The position numbers were made by a program, and so were the translations under genes. Below, in pieces: positions 1 through 15,180 of a DNA stretch of 64,000 nucleotides; the first letter of the stretch is position 1, and every line of letters starts with the position of its first letter. Source of the DNA: the human T2T-CHM13v2.0 reference genome, Homo sapiens; NCBI RefSeq assembly GCF_009914755.1, contig NC_060928.1; one strand, written 5' to 3'. Under the pieces are notes generated by a model that was not told the origin of the DNA, did not search any database, and saw only the letters and a program-made list of their open reading frames with translations.

Positions 1-943
1 CTGGCTACCACAGTAAGTCAATGCTTTTGATAAAGTGTTAAGTGAGCAAAATAAAGAATATATGTATAGCTTAATTATTCAAAAAATGCAAAGAAGGCAA
101 TGTAAGCATACCAGAATTTTAACTATGCTTATATTGGTTGCATGACTATAGTTTGTTTCAATGGTTTTATATAGTCTTTGATATTTCATAAGAATTTTAT
201 GATTAGAATGTATTTTATTATGTTCTTTCTAAATGTTAAAGAAGCTTAGAAAACACATTGAGTTATTAATTTTAATTACTTTTACATTGCGTATGAAGAT
301 GTTCAATAAAACTCAAGTCCTCTACTAAAAAAAAACTGAAGTATTTTACTAATTTAATATAACTAGTTAAGCTTAGGACCAAGAGATTATAATTTGACTT
401 CTTTTTAAACAGTTCCTTATGTTCCCTAGCATAAGTATTTTATAGATATTCAAACATAATAACTAAACCCCTAGGTCGATGATCATTAAAATATTTTTGC
501 TATTCAGTTTGCCCACTTTATAAAAAGGTACTATGTGCCAAGGCTAAACATTCTCTAAGGTAACATTTGAACTCTAAAATTCATTGATTTTTAGAAGATA
601 TTTATTAAATAATAAGTATTTAAAGCACAGTACTTTCTTAGTCAGCTGTACTGCAGTCCAAGATTCATGAGGAATTTAAAGGTGTTTTTGGAAAGAGAAG
701 TTGGTGCAGATGTTTATTTTTCACTTGCACCATGAAATCTAGGCCCTGCCTAAGCACAGTGGAGGTTGGCATTTGGAGATGTGAAAAGCAATACGGTTTT
801 CTGCAGCATTCATTGGGTTTCAGTAGCCTGCTACATGGAGTGGCGCATATTTGTGAATTCATTTAGTCCTGAGCAGTGTCTATAGATACCCCAACAAAGA
901 TCTTTCCTGGTGTTTGAATGTTTACTGGTATTTCCTTCTGCAG

Positions 944-1108
944 GATGTCCGCTCTGCTTGTCTTACCGCATGAGAGAGTGCAGATGTTCCTGAAAGCATC
1001 TTTGCGTGGATTTGCTTGAAGCGAGATGTGAGAGAAGGGGCAAAGCTCGAAGGGAGCTGCTAGAGAGAGAGGAAAGCAGCTGGACAGGGCTTTCCTGATG
1101 ACTGAAAT
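944..1108 (+). other. Candidate non-coding (lncRNA/UTR) internal exon
   Basis: Acceptor tttccttctgcAG (AG at 942-943) and donor AAT|GTAAGC (1109). The 165-nt segment is GC-richer than its flanks and has stops in all three frames. An upstream donor CA|GTAAGT lies at 13. No transcript evidence is available. Confidence 0.3.
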
Positions 1109-1722
1109 GTAAGCCATTCTCTAGGAAACAAAGTCACTTTCTTTTCTGAGAACAGGCACTTGCCGTCACAGAGGCCAGAAATGTGCTAGAATTCTTTCAA
1201 ATTTTCAAGATCTCAATGTCTCCATTATGACAACACTCTTGGATAGTCTGTTTGTTCCTGTGAGGTGGCTCCAACATATTTTTCAGTGTCTGAAACATAG
1301 GAGACCTGGAGATAGGAAAGGTATGTTCAAGGAGAAAGAAAGATCTGATTTCACTCCAAGCAAGTAAGGTGAATTCGTGATTATAAAATCTAGGCAAAAC
1401 AACTCTGTAAACATATCTCAAATGCTACTCACATGATAAAACTACTGTGAAGAGATTTACAACCAGGCCCCTAGGATGTAGGTGACTACAGGTGCAAACA
1501 AAATATTTAAATGTTTAATTACCTGTGGTGCATTGTACTCTTGAGAGTGACTAGGGGCTTCCTTAAAGATGGAAAATGCTGAGATCTGCCCCAAGGATCT
1601 GAGGACTTAATAAAAGAGGGAGAAATGGTTTGAGGAGATTACTGTCAAAAAGACTGAGTCAAACAGACAAATTTAGAACATGCATACACTATGATGATAA
1701 ATAGATTCTAAAGGGAAAGCGT

Positions 1723-2038
1723 GGCCGGGCACTGTGGCTCATGCCTGTAATCCCGCACTTTGGGAGGCCGAGGCAGGTGGATCACCTGAGGTCAGGAGTT
1801 TGAGACCAGCTTGGCCAACGTGGTGAAACCCCGCCTCTACTAAATATACAAAAAGTAGCTGGGCGTGGTGGTGGGCACCTGTAATCTCAGCTACTCAGGA
1901 AGCTGAGCAGGAGGTTGCTTGAACTGGGGAGGTGGAGGTTGCGATGAGTCAATATCCTGCCACTGCACTCCAGCCTGGGCAACAGAGTGAGACTCCATCT
2001 CAAAAAAAAAAAAAAAAGAAAAAAGAAAGAAAACAAAA
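1723..2038 (+). mobile_element. Alu, AluS-type (AluSx/Sz-like)
   Basis: GGCCGGGCACTGTGGCTCATGCCTGTAATCCC start, ggatcacctgaggtcagg, two arms, A-rich tail. Confidence 0.95.
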
Positions 2039-2729
2039 GGAAAATGGAAGTCGTGTTCTCTCAAAATAGCTTGTGAAGCAATGATCACCAAGTGATTTAG
2101 ACTCTGGTGTGTGGGCTAATACAGATCTGTTTCGGTGGGAACATAGTAGGGCTTTTAGTTATGTATTTAGACTAAACCAAAGCAAATCGATGTGCCAAGG
2201 AATGCAGAAATTTCTCGGCCATGTTCAAGTCACAGAATCCATAAAGGTTAGTGTGAGAAGAAAAAGTAACTCATTATCTTATCTTTCACCAATGCTTCTC
2301 CAAATGACCACAGCCTGCCCTTAAATTAAGTGAATGAATAATGAGAACAGATGGAATGAGATGGGAGAGGTGGCTGACTTAGAAATTTGACCTTGAAACT
2401 GTGGTTCATAGCAATGAACTTCCGACTTTTCCCAACCAAATTCTTAAATGTATAAACATGGCGTAAACTATAAAGGAAAAGTCCACAAATGGGTGGATGT
2501 CTATATTAATCTTCATCTTCTAGAATAGCTGATCACTCTCTCCTCGTCATCATCTTCATCATTGTGAAGCAAGACCAGCTCTCTGAGATAGGAAAAGAAT
2601 TTCATAAATTCATGATGGATAAGGCATAAAAGTTTCCCATCTTGAGAAAGAATGAAAAGAGGCAAACGAGATTTTTCTTAAACTCACTACCTCAGGAATA
2701 TGTGTAAAAGGATGAATGATTAATATTTA

Positions 2730-2935
2730 ATGAATGTCTGCTGTGTGCTATGCAGTAGTAATGACTTATGTGTGTTATCTCATATAAACCTCGTCACAAT
2801 TCAGTGAGGTAGGTATACTCATTTTGCTAATGAAAACATCAGAGGTCAAATGATTTGCTAAAAAATAATTCCAGAGGTAAGTGGCAGACTCTGTTTTTGA
2901 ATCATGTCTTTTAGCACTAAAATCCATCCTTCTTT
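2730..2935 (-). mobile_element. MIR SINE
   Basis: gtgaggtaggtat...cattttgc...gaggtcaaatgatttgc...taagtggcagac is the reverse complement of the MIR core. Confidence 0.65.
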
Positions 2936-3039
2936 CACTTCCCATGCTTCTTTCCTTAGAGCCCTGCATGAATTGGCCCATGCAGCACTATTAAAATGGA
3001 ATCAGTGACTCTGCTGCTCCTTGGAAAGGTCAAACTTTC

Positions 3040-3375
3040 TTTCACTTGAGGGCCTTGCTTTTCACCTAGGTATCCTACCCAGTTACTCCCTCACCTCCCT
3101 GAAGTGGTCCTGCCTGACCTCCCCATTGAAAAAATATGACTTCTGTCATTCACAATCCTCTTACTTTTACTTTTCATCATAGCCTGTATTCCTACGTGAC
3201 ACTATATATCTATTTGTGTATTTGCTAATTTTTTGATTCCTGCTTTAATATGTATGCTTCATAAGGACAGGGAGTTTGTATATTTTGTTTACTGTTCTAT
3301 CCATAGAGCCAAGGTCCATGCCTGGCATTTAATAGGTGTTCTATGAATAGTTGTTGGGTTCATATTAATGAATAT
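3040..3375 (+). mobile_element. L2 3' end fragment
   Basis: ataaggacaggga...ttgtttactg...tgcctggcatttaataggtg...atgaatagttgttg...aatgaat matches the L2a-type terminus. Confidence 0.65.
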
Positions 3376-3559
3376 GTTGCTATGAATATTTCACCTGATC
3401 TTAAGTAGAGAAGAACAATCATAATCAGCCACAAATTTCTTATGCTAACCTCTACCTTTCCTTGAGCTACTTCCCTTTCCATATTTAGCTGGAATATCAA
3501 GGCTTAGTTTCCATATCATCTTGTCTGATGTTAAAATTCACTATTGATGTTTGGGTGAA

Positions 3560-3940
3560 GACAGTTATGGCACAGATGGCCACATGCCCCTTAAAACACA
3601 TTTCCCAAGCCCTTATCTTTGCATCTTGAGGCAGCCATATGTTTAGTTCTCTATGATGGACTATGAGCAGAAGGTATGGTTCATTTCAGGGGTGGCTTTT
3701 AAGCAGAAGATATGTCTTTTACACTGTTTCCCTTTCCTGCAGCTTATTGTGGATAATGGAGATCAGGTCCTGTGGTGGTGGATCTAATGGAAGGATCCTA
3801 GGTCTCTGAATCACAACGTGGAAGAAAATCAGTCACCACCCCTAGCTGGAACACCAACATTTCAAATAAGTGAAAAATAAACTCTTATTATGTCAAGCCA
3901 CTGCAATTTTGGGGTTTGTCTTAGTGTTAGTGTCACCTAC
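3560..3940 (+). mobile_element. MLT1-family (ERVL-MaLR) solo LTR, old
   Basis: gaggcagccatatg...tgagcagaag...aaataaactcttattatgtcaagccactgcaattttggggtttg is typical of the MLT1 3' end. Confidence 0.6.
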
Positions 3941-4959
3941 ATTTATGCAATAGCTGAGTAACATTTTAGAAGAAGAGGATGTTTGTAGCCATTTTGGACT
4001 ACAAGAAATGTCAAAGATACTTTTTATTTTCCTAATTTTTAATTTCTAGGTTTATTCTTAAAAGAGTAAGATCTTTTTTTGAAAAATCAGTACTATTATT
4101 TTGACTTTTGGATATACAAACAGGTCTCTCCTTAACCACTCAAAAGAGCCAAGTGAGAGGAATTTGTGGATAAAGACATTTAAAGGTAGTATGAAATCTT
4201 TAATCACGCCAAATCAACACTCATCACCACGACATTCTGTCAGTGCCTCCAGGGATTAAGGACATATGAATGTCTTTCCCTGAAATGTGATTGTGACATT
4301 GGACTTAGCTATTTGGGTTTTCATGAAACCCATTGTCAGGTTAAATAATGATAGAGTAGTAGATGTTCTGCACAATTGCTTTTGTTATAAAACTTGAAAA
4401 AAAGTATATTAATTTTTTATGCCTTGCCTTTCAGTGCATTATTACTTATCTTTGTGCAGAGTAGATTAAGTAGGTCCATTGAATAAGAAAGCATTAATTT
4501 GGTAGATTCTCTGTGTTAAGATGCTCAGTATTTTTTATGGAATAAAGGTGTGGAAGGTTTCTACTCCTGGTCAAGGAGTAGAAACAGGTAGAAAATATTT
4601 ATATTTCAGCCCTGCTTCTCCTTTGTCATATCCTTTACCACAAGGATCTACTTTCACTTCTGCCTTGGTTTTAAACAGCAGCCAGTATATGAAGGTCTAG
4701 CTAACTACACTATCTCCCTAGGAGAGTTGGTACAATGTTGTTTCCAAAAATTAGACAAAGCATGTTTAATGGCTCCCTTTCACTAAGTAAATAAATAAAA
4801 GCAAGAAAGGGAGGAAGCAAGCTGGCTAAAGAAGAAATGAACTAGACATCTGTATGTTTCATTTTGTTAGTGATCAAGCTCGTCTTTCATGATTATTACT
4901 TTGATACATACAAGATATATCACAACTATTTTCCTAAGCAATATGAAGATACAAAGTTA

Positions 4960-6000
4960 TTATAAAAACTAATGGATCTAAAAATACATATTGAAAGGTA
5001 TATTTATCTTTTGCACACCTCGATGAATTTTTCACAAACTGAACAGATCTCTGAAACTGACAACCATATAAAACAAACAGACAAAACAAACAAGCAAACA
5101 AACATAACCAACACCCTAGAAACCCTCCTAGGCTCCTTTCTAGTCAAAGGATTAGTCATTATTTTGATTTCTAACAGTATAGCTCAATTTTATAAATTAA
5201 TTAAGCAAATTACTCTTTGTGTAATTTACATGAATACATTAGGTATTCTTTTGTGCCTGACATTTTTTGTTGAATATTTTGTTTGCAAGATTTATCCTAT
5301 TGTTGCATATGCTTGTAGACTGTTCATTCTCACAGATGTATTATAAAATCTATTGAGCAAATATGGCACAGTTTATTTATACACTCTACTGTTGGTAGAC
5401 ATCTTGATAGTTTCCAGTTTTGTTTGGAGCTATTACAAAAGTGCTGCTATAAACATTCCAGTTAAGTCTTTTGGTAAACTCAAATATGTATTTTTGTTGA
5501 ATATATATGTATATATACCTAAAGAAAGATTCGTTGATACTGCCAGTTTTCCAACATGGTTGTATCAATCCACATCACTACCAGTTGTGCATAAAGATTT
5601 GAGTTGCCTTGTATCTTTGCCAACACTTGAAATTTTTTGTCTTTATTGTTTTAGCCAGACTAGAGGTTGTTTAGTGGTATTTCACTGTGGTTTAATTTGC
5701 ATTTCCTTGATGGCTAATGAACTTGAGAATATGGAAATATGTTTATTGGCCATTTGAATGTCTTTCTTTATGAAGTACCTGTTCAAGTATTTTACCTATT
5801 CCTCTATTGAGTTGCCTGCATTTTTCCTATTGATTTGCAGGAGTTCTTTATATGTGCTAGATAAGAGTGTTTTTGGTACTCTACATGTAACATTATATGT
5901 ATGTGTATATATATATATATATAAAATTTCCCACTTTGTAGTTTGCCCTTTCATTCTTTTAATGTCTTTTGATGAACGGATGTTTTTAGTTTATTTAGGC
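4960..6000 (-). mobile_element. Old L1M (L1MC/ME-like) 3' region
   Basis: gtggtatttcactgtggtttaatttgcatttccttgatggctaatga, gctgctataaacattc, gtttattggccatttg: antisense L1 ORF2 end/3'UTR. It explains ORFs 4972, 5353 and 5758. Confidence 0.75.
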
Positions 6001-6962
6001 AAAGCTATAAGGTAAGAACAATGTTAGATTAAGCTTTAAAAGGTGATTCAGTTCCATGAACAGAAAGATTGGGATTCCCAGCACTATTGAGCTGTTTGAA
6101 TCAAACTCCTAGAAGCCTTAATATATTTTTTCAACTTTCCCTTTGTAATTGTAGTGTTGGAAAAACAATAGTTACCCTCAGAGTGTTGTAGAAATTACCA
6201 TCTGTTGATTGAAACAATGAGAAAATATTACCAAAATGGTTAGAACAATAAGAGTACTATATAATATCCATGAAAAATTGACACTAGCCACAGGTTCCTT
6301 CAGGAAACCATCAGTGTTCTGAAAATAATAAATCAGAAAATCAATGTTCAGTTTTCAACAGCACGGTGAGGATGGCAGTGAAAGGTATTATTTTAAGAAT
6401 TTTCTCAGGCCCTGAGTTGTAAGAGTCTGTAATCAGTGATATTTTTATTTAAAGAAAATCAGAGCATGAAAGAGCATTATTTTAATATCTAATATTTAAT
6501 GCTAGAATTAAAAATCTAGTGTAAGATTTATGTTGGAAAAAGCAAACAAGCAAACAAAGTAAATTACAGCTCTCTGTGTAATAACGTGAATGAATGGAGA
6601 TTCCTCGGCAAATTGAATTTACTATGTGAAATCTTGTAAATGAGGCATATTTTAAAAAATCTTGGCTCTAAAGTGATTTGGTGAAATGATTATTTTCCTC
6701 ATTAAGACAAAATAAATTTCTGTCATATTATTAAACATTTCACAACCTCAAAGTGCTGTTTTATGGTAGACCAGCTAGAAGTAAAGATTAAAGTGGACTG
6801 TATTTGTGGTCTGGTCAGAGTTTAAGCAGAGGACACAGTTTCTGGAAGCTTTTCCTTCAGCCTGGATGTCAAGGGTCCTTTTGCTGCTTAGCACCTCCAG
6901 CAGCCTCCACCCAGGTTCATCATCTAGCTGTGTTGTCTCCACTGTTTCCTGGAGAAAGGTCC

Positions 6963-7175
6963 AATTACCCAAAATACAGTTGTGCCCTTTTTATGTTTTC
7001 ATCATAGTTAATTATAGAAAAACTTGGTTATATGCGAAGTCCTACTAAAACAAAAGTATCATAGGAAATATTTCTAAGAATCATGCAAAATCATGATTTT
7101 GTATTAAGAAATTCTAAATTAAGAACCATGTAAAAATGAGAGTTTGAAATGTTACTCTGTCAGACACTGAAGAAT
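6963..7175 (+). repeat. Local duplication, copy 1 (~210 bp)
   Basis: Direct repeat of 8028-8236; by manual alignment 9 substitutions plus one 4-bp indel. Confidence 0.95.
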
Positions 7176-7189
7176 TTAAGAACCGTTAA

Positions 7190-7315
7190 TTGTTTGTATA
7201 CTAGCTCCTCGAAGGTAGGTCTGTTTTTATTCATCTTTACGGCCTTCGTTGTCCCTGACATATTGCTGCACGTAGAGTATATGCACAGTGTATACTTGTG
7301 GACTAAGTGAATGCC
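7190..7315 (+). mobile_element. L2 3' end fragment
   Basis: agctcctcgaaggtagg...ttattcatcttt...gcacgtagagt...gactaagtgaatg resembles the L2 terminus. Confidence 0.5.
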
Positions 7316-8027
7316 AACTTTAGCTTTTGAAAATGTAATATATGAGTTTAACAGATGTTGTCTCTTCACTTTCTAAGTACTTGGAACTTTGAAAATGGCT
7401 CTTTCAATAGTAAAGTTTTTTTCTCTAGATATGTTCTTAAATAAAAAGTGATGTAAAGAAAGGAAAACAAACTTAAACCATTAAAATGTTTTAAATTACT
7501 AAATCTGCCTCCAGGAATGTGTAAAGAGATAATGACTACCTAACATAATTTTTTATGGGTTAAATTTTCTCTAAATGTGATCTATTCTATTTTGAACTAC
7601 AAATATTTTAAAAGTATAAATTGTAAGCAACTGGAAAATTGGTTTTAGGCACGTGATATGCAATTTCACAAATGTTCAGGATCCTGGTGTTATTTCTATG
7701 ACTATGAGATTTCATAAACAAATTATATAGCCACTATTTGTGCTTCATTTTGCTTCTGCACAACTGAGGTGCTTATTAAACACAAAGGCACATTCTACCG
7801 ATTATTGTAGATACTATGTTTTATTGTATTTTAAATGAACATTACACACAGTCCTGTGTAAAATGTAAATTTTTCTCCTCAGGTTGTATGTATGCTATAC
7901 ATGAACTATAGCTAGCATGTATAATCCCAGGTCCTCTTCAGAGAGTTCTATTAAGGTAAACAGATATTACATGCAAAACCCTTTTTTCAGTCTGCTGTAT
8001 TTAGAACCCTAGATGCCCAAACTGCTG

Positions 8028-8236
8028 AATTACCCAAAATACATTTGTGCCCTTTTTATGTTTTCATCATAGTTATAGAAAAACTTGGTTATACGCAAAG
8101 TCCTACTAAAACAAAAGTATCATAGGAAATATTTCTAAGAATCATGCAAAATCATGATTTTGCATTAAGAAATTCTAAACTAAAAATCATGTAAAAATGA
8201 GAGATCGAAATGTTACTCTGTCAGACACTGAAGAAT
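8028..8236 (+). repeat. Local duplication, copy 2, containing a perfect 22-bp palindrome (8144-8165)
   Basis: aattacccaaaatac...cagacactgaagaat repeated from 6963-7175; ATGCAAAATCATGATTTTGCAT. Confidence 0.95.
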
Positions 8237-9940
8237 CGTAATAGAATTATGATTACCTATTCAGCCTAGTGCAATACTAATTCTGTTTACTTATACTTAA
8301 CATACAATAGAATTACAACTATAGAGGAAAATCTCTTTTTCTTATTAGGCTGCTGAAGAAAAGTCTCATATTCTGTGATATCTGTTTCTAATTTGTCTTT
8401 GGGGAAAGGAATGCCAAATAATTGCCTTGTTTCCCCCTTCAGACATTCAGAACCTCACCAAACTGCAGTCAAACCAGGATGCACACCCCAGCACGTGATT
8501 TTTTTTTTCAGGATCATAGTCAATAAATTTGATTAGTTTGTAAAGCATTCCAAGCCACTAGTCCACAAAGCAGGTTGAGCCAATCCTTCACTTACTCCCT
8601 GTTCCTTCTAGACCACCAGGGCTCTAGTTTGTATTTTTAAACCTGGGTTAAATTGTGGCATAACCACAAACCATTGTATGCTATTAACAGTGGGGTTCCA
8701 ATGAATGACTGACAAACAAAATCTTAGCACAGGAAGCCTACTTCTCTCAGTGGTAAACACATGTTATTAATGAAACGTTTCTAACGGGCTGAAGCAGTTT
8801 GAAGTCTGTCTTGACTGACAAGACTGTATTTTGCTATATGGGCTAAACAAACAAAACATTTAAAAATAGTTCATTAGAAGAATATGTTTTGGTGAATCAC
8901 AAATGTATAATTTGCAGATCTGGATTCTGAGCTAAATTTCTCCTCCTCCTGTATTATAGTGTAATATCTCTCTCCAGGGTTCAAAGAGAGTGTATAATTC
9001 CTGTATCTTCCTTAGGAAGATCTGGATAGTGTTAAATGCAACTTCCGGTCTAGCCTCAAAGAGAGGCTTGATACAAGAAGGACTTGACACAGGTACTACA
9101 TGGGACACTGCAGGAGAATACAGGTGAATATGAGGCTCAGAATCTACTTCGTAAGAGAGAATTTCTATTGTTAGGTAGGATGCTAAATAAAAATCAAGTG
9201 TGCTTCATCCTCGGCTTCCTCTTAGTCAGGAGATAGGTGAGTAAAGACTTTGTTCATGTATATTTGATGTTTTCATTTATCAGTAACATTGGCTACTGAG
9301 TATGTAGGCATTCATAGAAACAGACAGTGAGTCTTTTGTGCAATTTTTCTGAACTCCTGTTTAACATAAAGGGATAGCAAACCCCAAACCAAATAAAACA
9401 ACACTGGCATTGCATTTAGATGTCTTTGAAACATTCCAATGTTTTGGACCACCAAACTTGAACCCACGATGGTTGCATTTAGTTTTGATCAAATTGGGCA
9501 GTGCTGCCTCAAGCTGGTTTGCATTTCTTTACAAATTTACTCCGACCCTGTTAGAGTAACCAGAGAATTACAGAACAATGTACTGTTAATCTGTTCTGCA
9601 GAGTCCTTTTGCAAGTGAATTGAATAGTGAGGAAACCAGGGAATGGCTATATCTCTAACTTCAGAGTGATACCACTGTCATCAAAACAGTTTCTAATATC
9701 CAGTATTTCTAGAAGTGGATCCTCACTATTTCTAACAACATCAAAATAGCCAGTCAAAAGTAAAAACTTTGTACAAGCCACAGATACATGCTGTAAAAAA
9801 ATCTTTTCCTTGATTTAACTGGGTTACTTTCCCTTCACTGAATTGACAAGTTAATATTATAGGTATGGTCTAAATTTAAGCTCAGAAAGTATACCCTGGA
9901 AACATTTAAGGGCAATGTTGGGGGGAAAAAGTCTAGGATT

Positions 9941-10216
9941 TGCTGGGTGCTGTGGCTTATGCCTGTAATCCCAGCACTTTGGGAGGCTGAGACAGGAGGA
10001 TAAAGGTTGAGACCAGCCTGGGCAACACAGTAAGTCCTAGTCTCTAAAAACATTAAAAAATTAGGGGGATGTTGTGGTGCGCACTTGTAGTCCCAACTAC
10101 TCGGGAGGCTGATGCAAGAGGATGCTTGAGTCCAGGAGTTTGAGGCTGCAGTGAAGCCATGATCATGCCACTTAACTTCCCTGGGGGACAGAGCAAAACC
10201 CTGCCTCTAAAAAAAA
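9941..10216 (+). mobile_element. AluJ-type with internal deletion in the left arm
   Basis: AluJ diagnostics (gagtttgaggctgcagtga, gcctgggcaaca, gaggatgcttgag); degenerate TSD aaaaagtcta on both sides. Confidence 0.9.
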
Positions 10217-11759
10217 GTCTACAATCTGAACCAAAGAATAAGTATGTCAATGAATAAGTCTAACCAACCCCACTCATACTGTGTCCTACTCTTTGCTTTA
10301 CTTCTTGTCTCTATTCCACATATGCCTTGTTCTCAACCAACAGCACTGTCCCCATATTCTGCCTTCCACTTGCCCAATTAGCTTGTGATCTCTAGGGTCT
10401 TTGTACTTGCCCCTGTGATTCTTAGTGTTTTATTTTCTCTGGAGGATGGCATAGCCAGGATCATAGGGGTCCTGGTGCCACCCTTCGGGTGTCCAGGGTC
10501 TTCCTCCTGCTCTCTGGTGACCCTTCATGGCCATGACTTGCAATGCACACTCCTGTGACACATCTCACCTCTTCTCTTTCTCACCAAAATATTCCTATAA
10601 GCTATCCCTTTCTCTAAAGCTCCTGCTAGTAGGCTTGATAATCTAAGATACTCTTTCAGGTCAGGGTGATAATAATTAACTCAATCCTTTTGTGTGCATT
10701 ACACATTAGAATGCTTGGAGAAATTAAACACTGTTTACCTGAAAACATATTAATGAACTATAATTGGCAAACAATGAAGATGATATTAGTGCATAAAGGG
10801 AGGCTTCCGGTTGTCCCCTCATGTCCAACCCTGTGGCTCAGTGGGTTAAAGGCTACCTGGACCCCACTGCATCTTCTCTGCCTAGATGCTTGGTGTTCAG
10901 AGACTATACCTTACAGTCTGTTTACATACGTTCCCATTTCACAGGTAAAATAAAATAAAGAAGGGACTATTCTTGGAAGTTTGATTAAGGAAGCTTGATG
11001 TAAATTTATTTGACTGATGAGTAAGTAGAGAAAAATGAAAGATACTTCTAATGTATATGTTATAATAGAGAATTGAAGAATTCTGGAATTTTATACCTGA
11101 TAGGAGAATGAAAGTGCTCTGAAATTTAAATGATTAATAACAGAATAAGAACTTTTTGGCTTTTCAACAGTGTACTTATAAATCATACATTACAGTATAA
11201 ATTATATTGTATGATAATACTGTATGAATTTCTAACTATGTTACTCATATTTCATGTGATAGTGCTGAAGTTATTGGCAACTTGGATAGTGCACTAATGT
11301 TATATATATTTAAAATATAATGTGTATATATATGTATACACATACATATATGAAGATTTGAGGAATTGAAGACAATGTTAAATATACTTTCAATTTGTTC
11401 TTTTAAATTTGAATTTTTAAATTCTTACAAATTTCAGGGTAAGAAAAAACTATTATGTCATCATCTCAGTATTAGGAATTCAGATAAAACAAAACATCAA
11501 CATCCATTTGTTGCCTTGGTTTTTAAATTGGTGAGCACTCTACCATAAAGTTCATGCTTCAAAGATTTTAAGAGATGAGCTTGGATGAGATAAATGTCCT
11601 TCATGCTTAATTCTTACACCTAATCTTAAATAGACACTACAACATCACTATTTCACCCACTCATTCCATAAGCATCTGCTAAGAATTTATTATAAACCAG
11701 GCATTTTGCTAGGCACTGGAGAACATACACAGTGCAATCAAACATTTCTGCCTTTGGCA

Positions 11760-12460
<701 letters not shown>

Positions 12461-12469
12461 CAACTGTAT

Positions 12470-14115
<1,646 letters not shown>

Positions 14116-15180
14116 CCAACCTTGATGAATGCATTGCCCTTATGGAGCCCAGAATTTTAAGAGGGAGAGACATATAAATAAATAATTACAATGCTTTATG
14201 AGAAGGGTTAGAACTGAAATATAAAAAATATGCTATGGAGACACAAACAAAGGAATAGCTAAACTAACTCTTCTTTGCCTGGGCGTAATAGTAAAACTTT
14301 TACAAATGAGATAATTTTGGTGCTGGTTCTTGATGGATGAATAGGAGTTTGTTAGATGCTCTAGGATCACACAGTGCAGTTTTGGGAAAGGAAGAAGGAC
14401 ATTCTAGGAAGGGAAATAGCACAGAAAAGTCCTTGAAGTCAGAAAGTATATTGCATGAGTGGGAGTGAGGAGAAGTGTAATGGTGTGGGGAGTTTTACTA
14501 GAGGGTGTTATGAGATGGGCTGCATATGTAGGTAGGACCGGGTGGTGATAAAAGTCTATGCCAAGGAGTTCAGTATTTGTTAAGCTGACAGTGGTGGAGG
14601 ATTAAAGATACATTATTAAGTAACTAATAATATTGGTGATCAGACTACTGGTAACACTGGAAGATTAACCTGAATTATACTTTTGGTAAAAAAAACACAG
14701 TAATACTTGCTGGCATAAGGAGTGAGAATGAATCTCAGTGCATACACTTGGTTGTACAAGAAAGGTTGTTTTCTTAATTTTACTATGGTTCAATAAAATT
14801 TATGTCTTATATTTTCATTTCACAGGGTGACAGAAACTGAATCCATCATTTGTAGGGCTATCTCTTCACTTCACAGTTGTATATAGGATTTGTAGAGCTG
14901 AGCTGGCACAAAAGAATCTGGGGCCACCTCTGATGCACATCCACAGGCTCTGAAAACCCTAGTCTTCTCTATTACCTTCACGCTTCTCAGGATATGTAGG
15001 GATCACCCTGGGGAACCAGGGCCACAGAGAATAGGACAACTTTGTGAGCTGATTGCTGACTCTGGGTGCCTGAACATACTGCAGGCATACCTCAGAGATA
15101 CTGTAGGTTCCATTCCAGACCACCACAATAATGTGAATATCACAATAAAGTGGGTCATGTGAAGTTTTTGGTTTCCCAGT

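Noticed and set aside
665-1421. Three minus-strand ORFs (65, 84, 74 aa), two of them abutting
   Set aside because: No recognisable domain or protein family; lengths are compatible with chance; abutting ORFs have no operon meaning in a primate genome.
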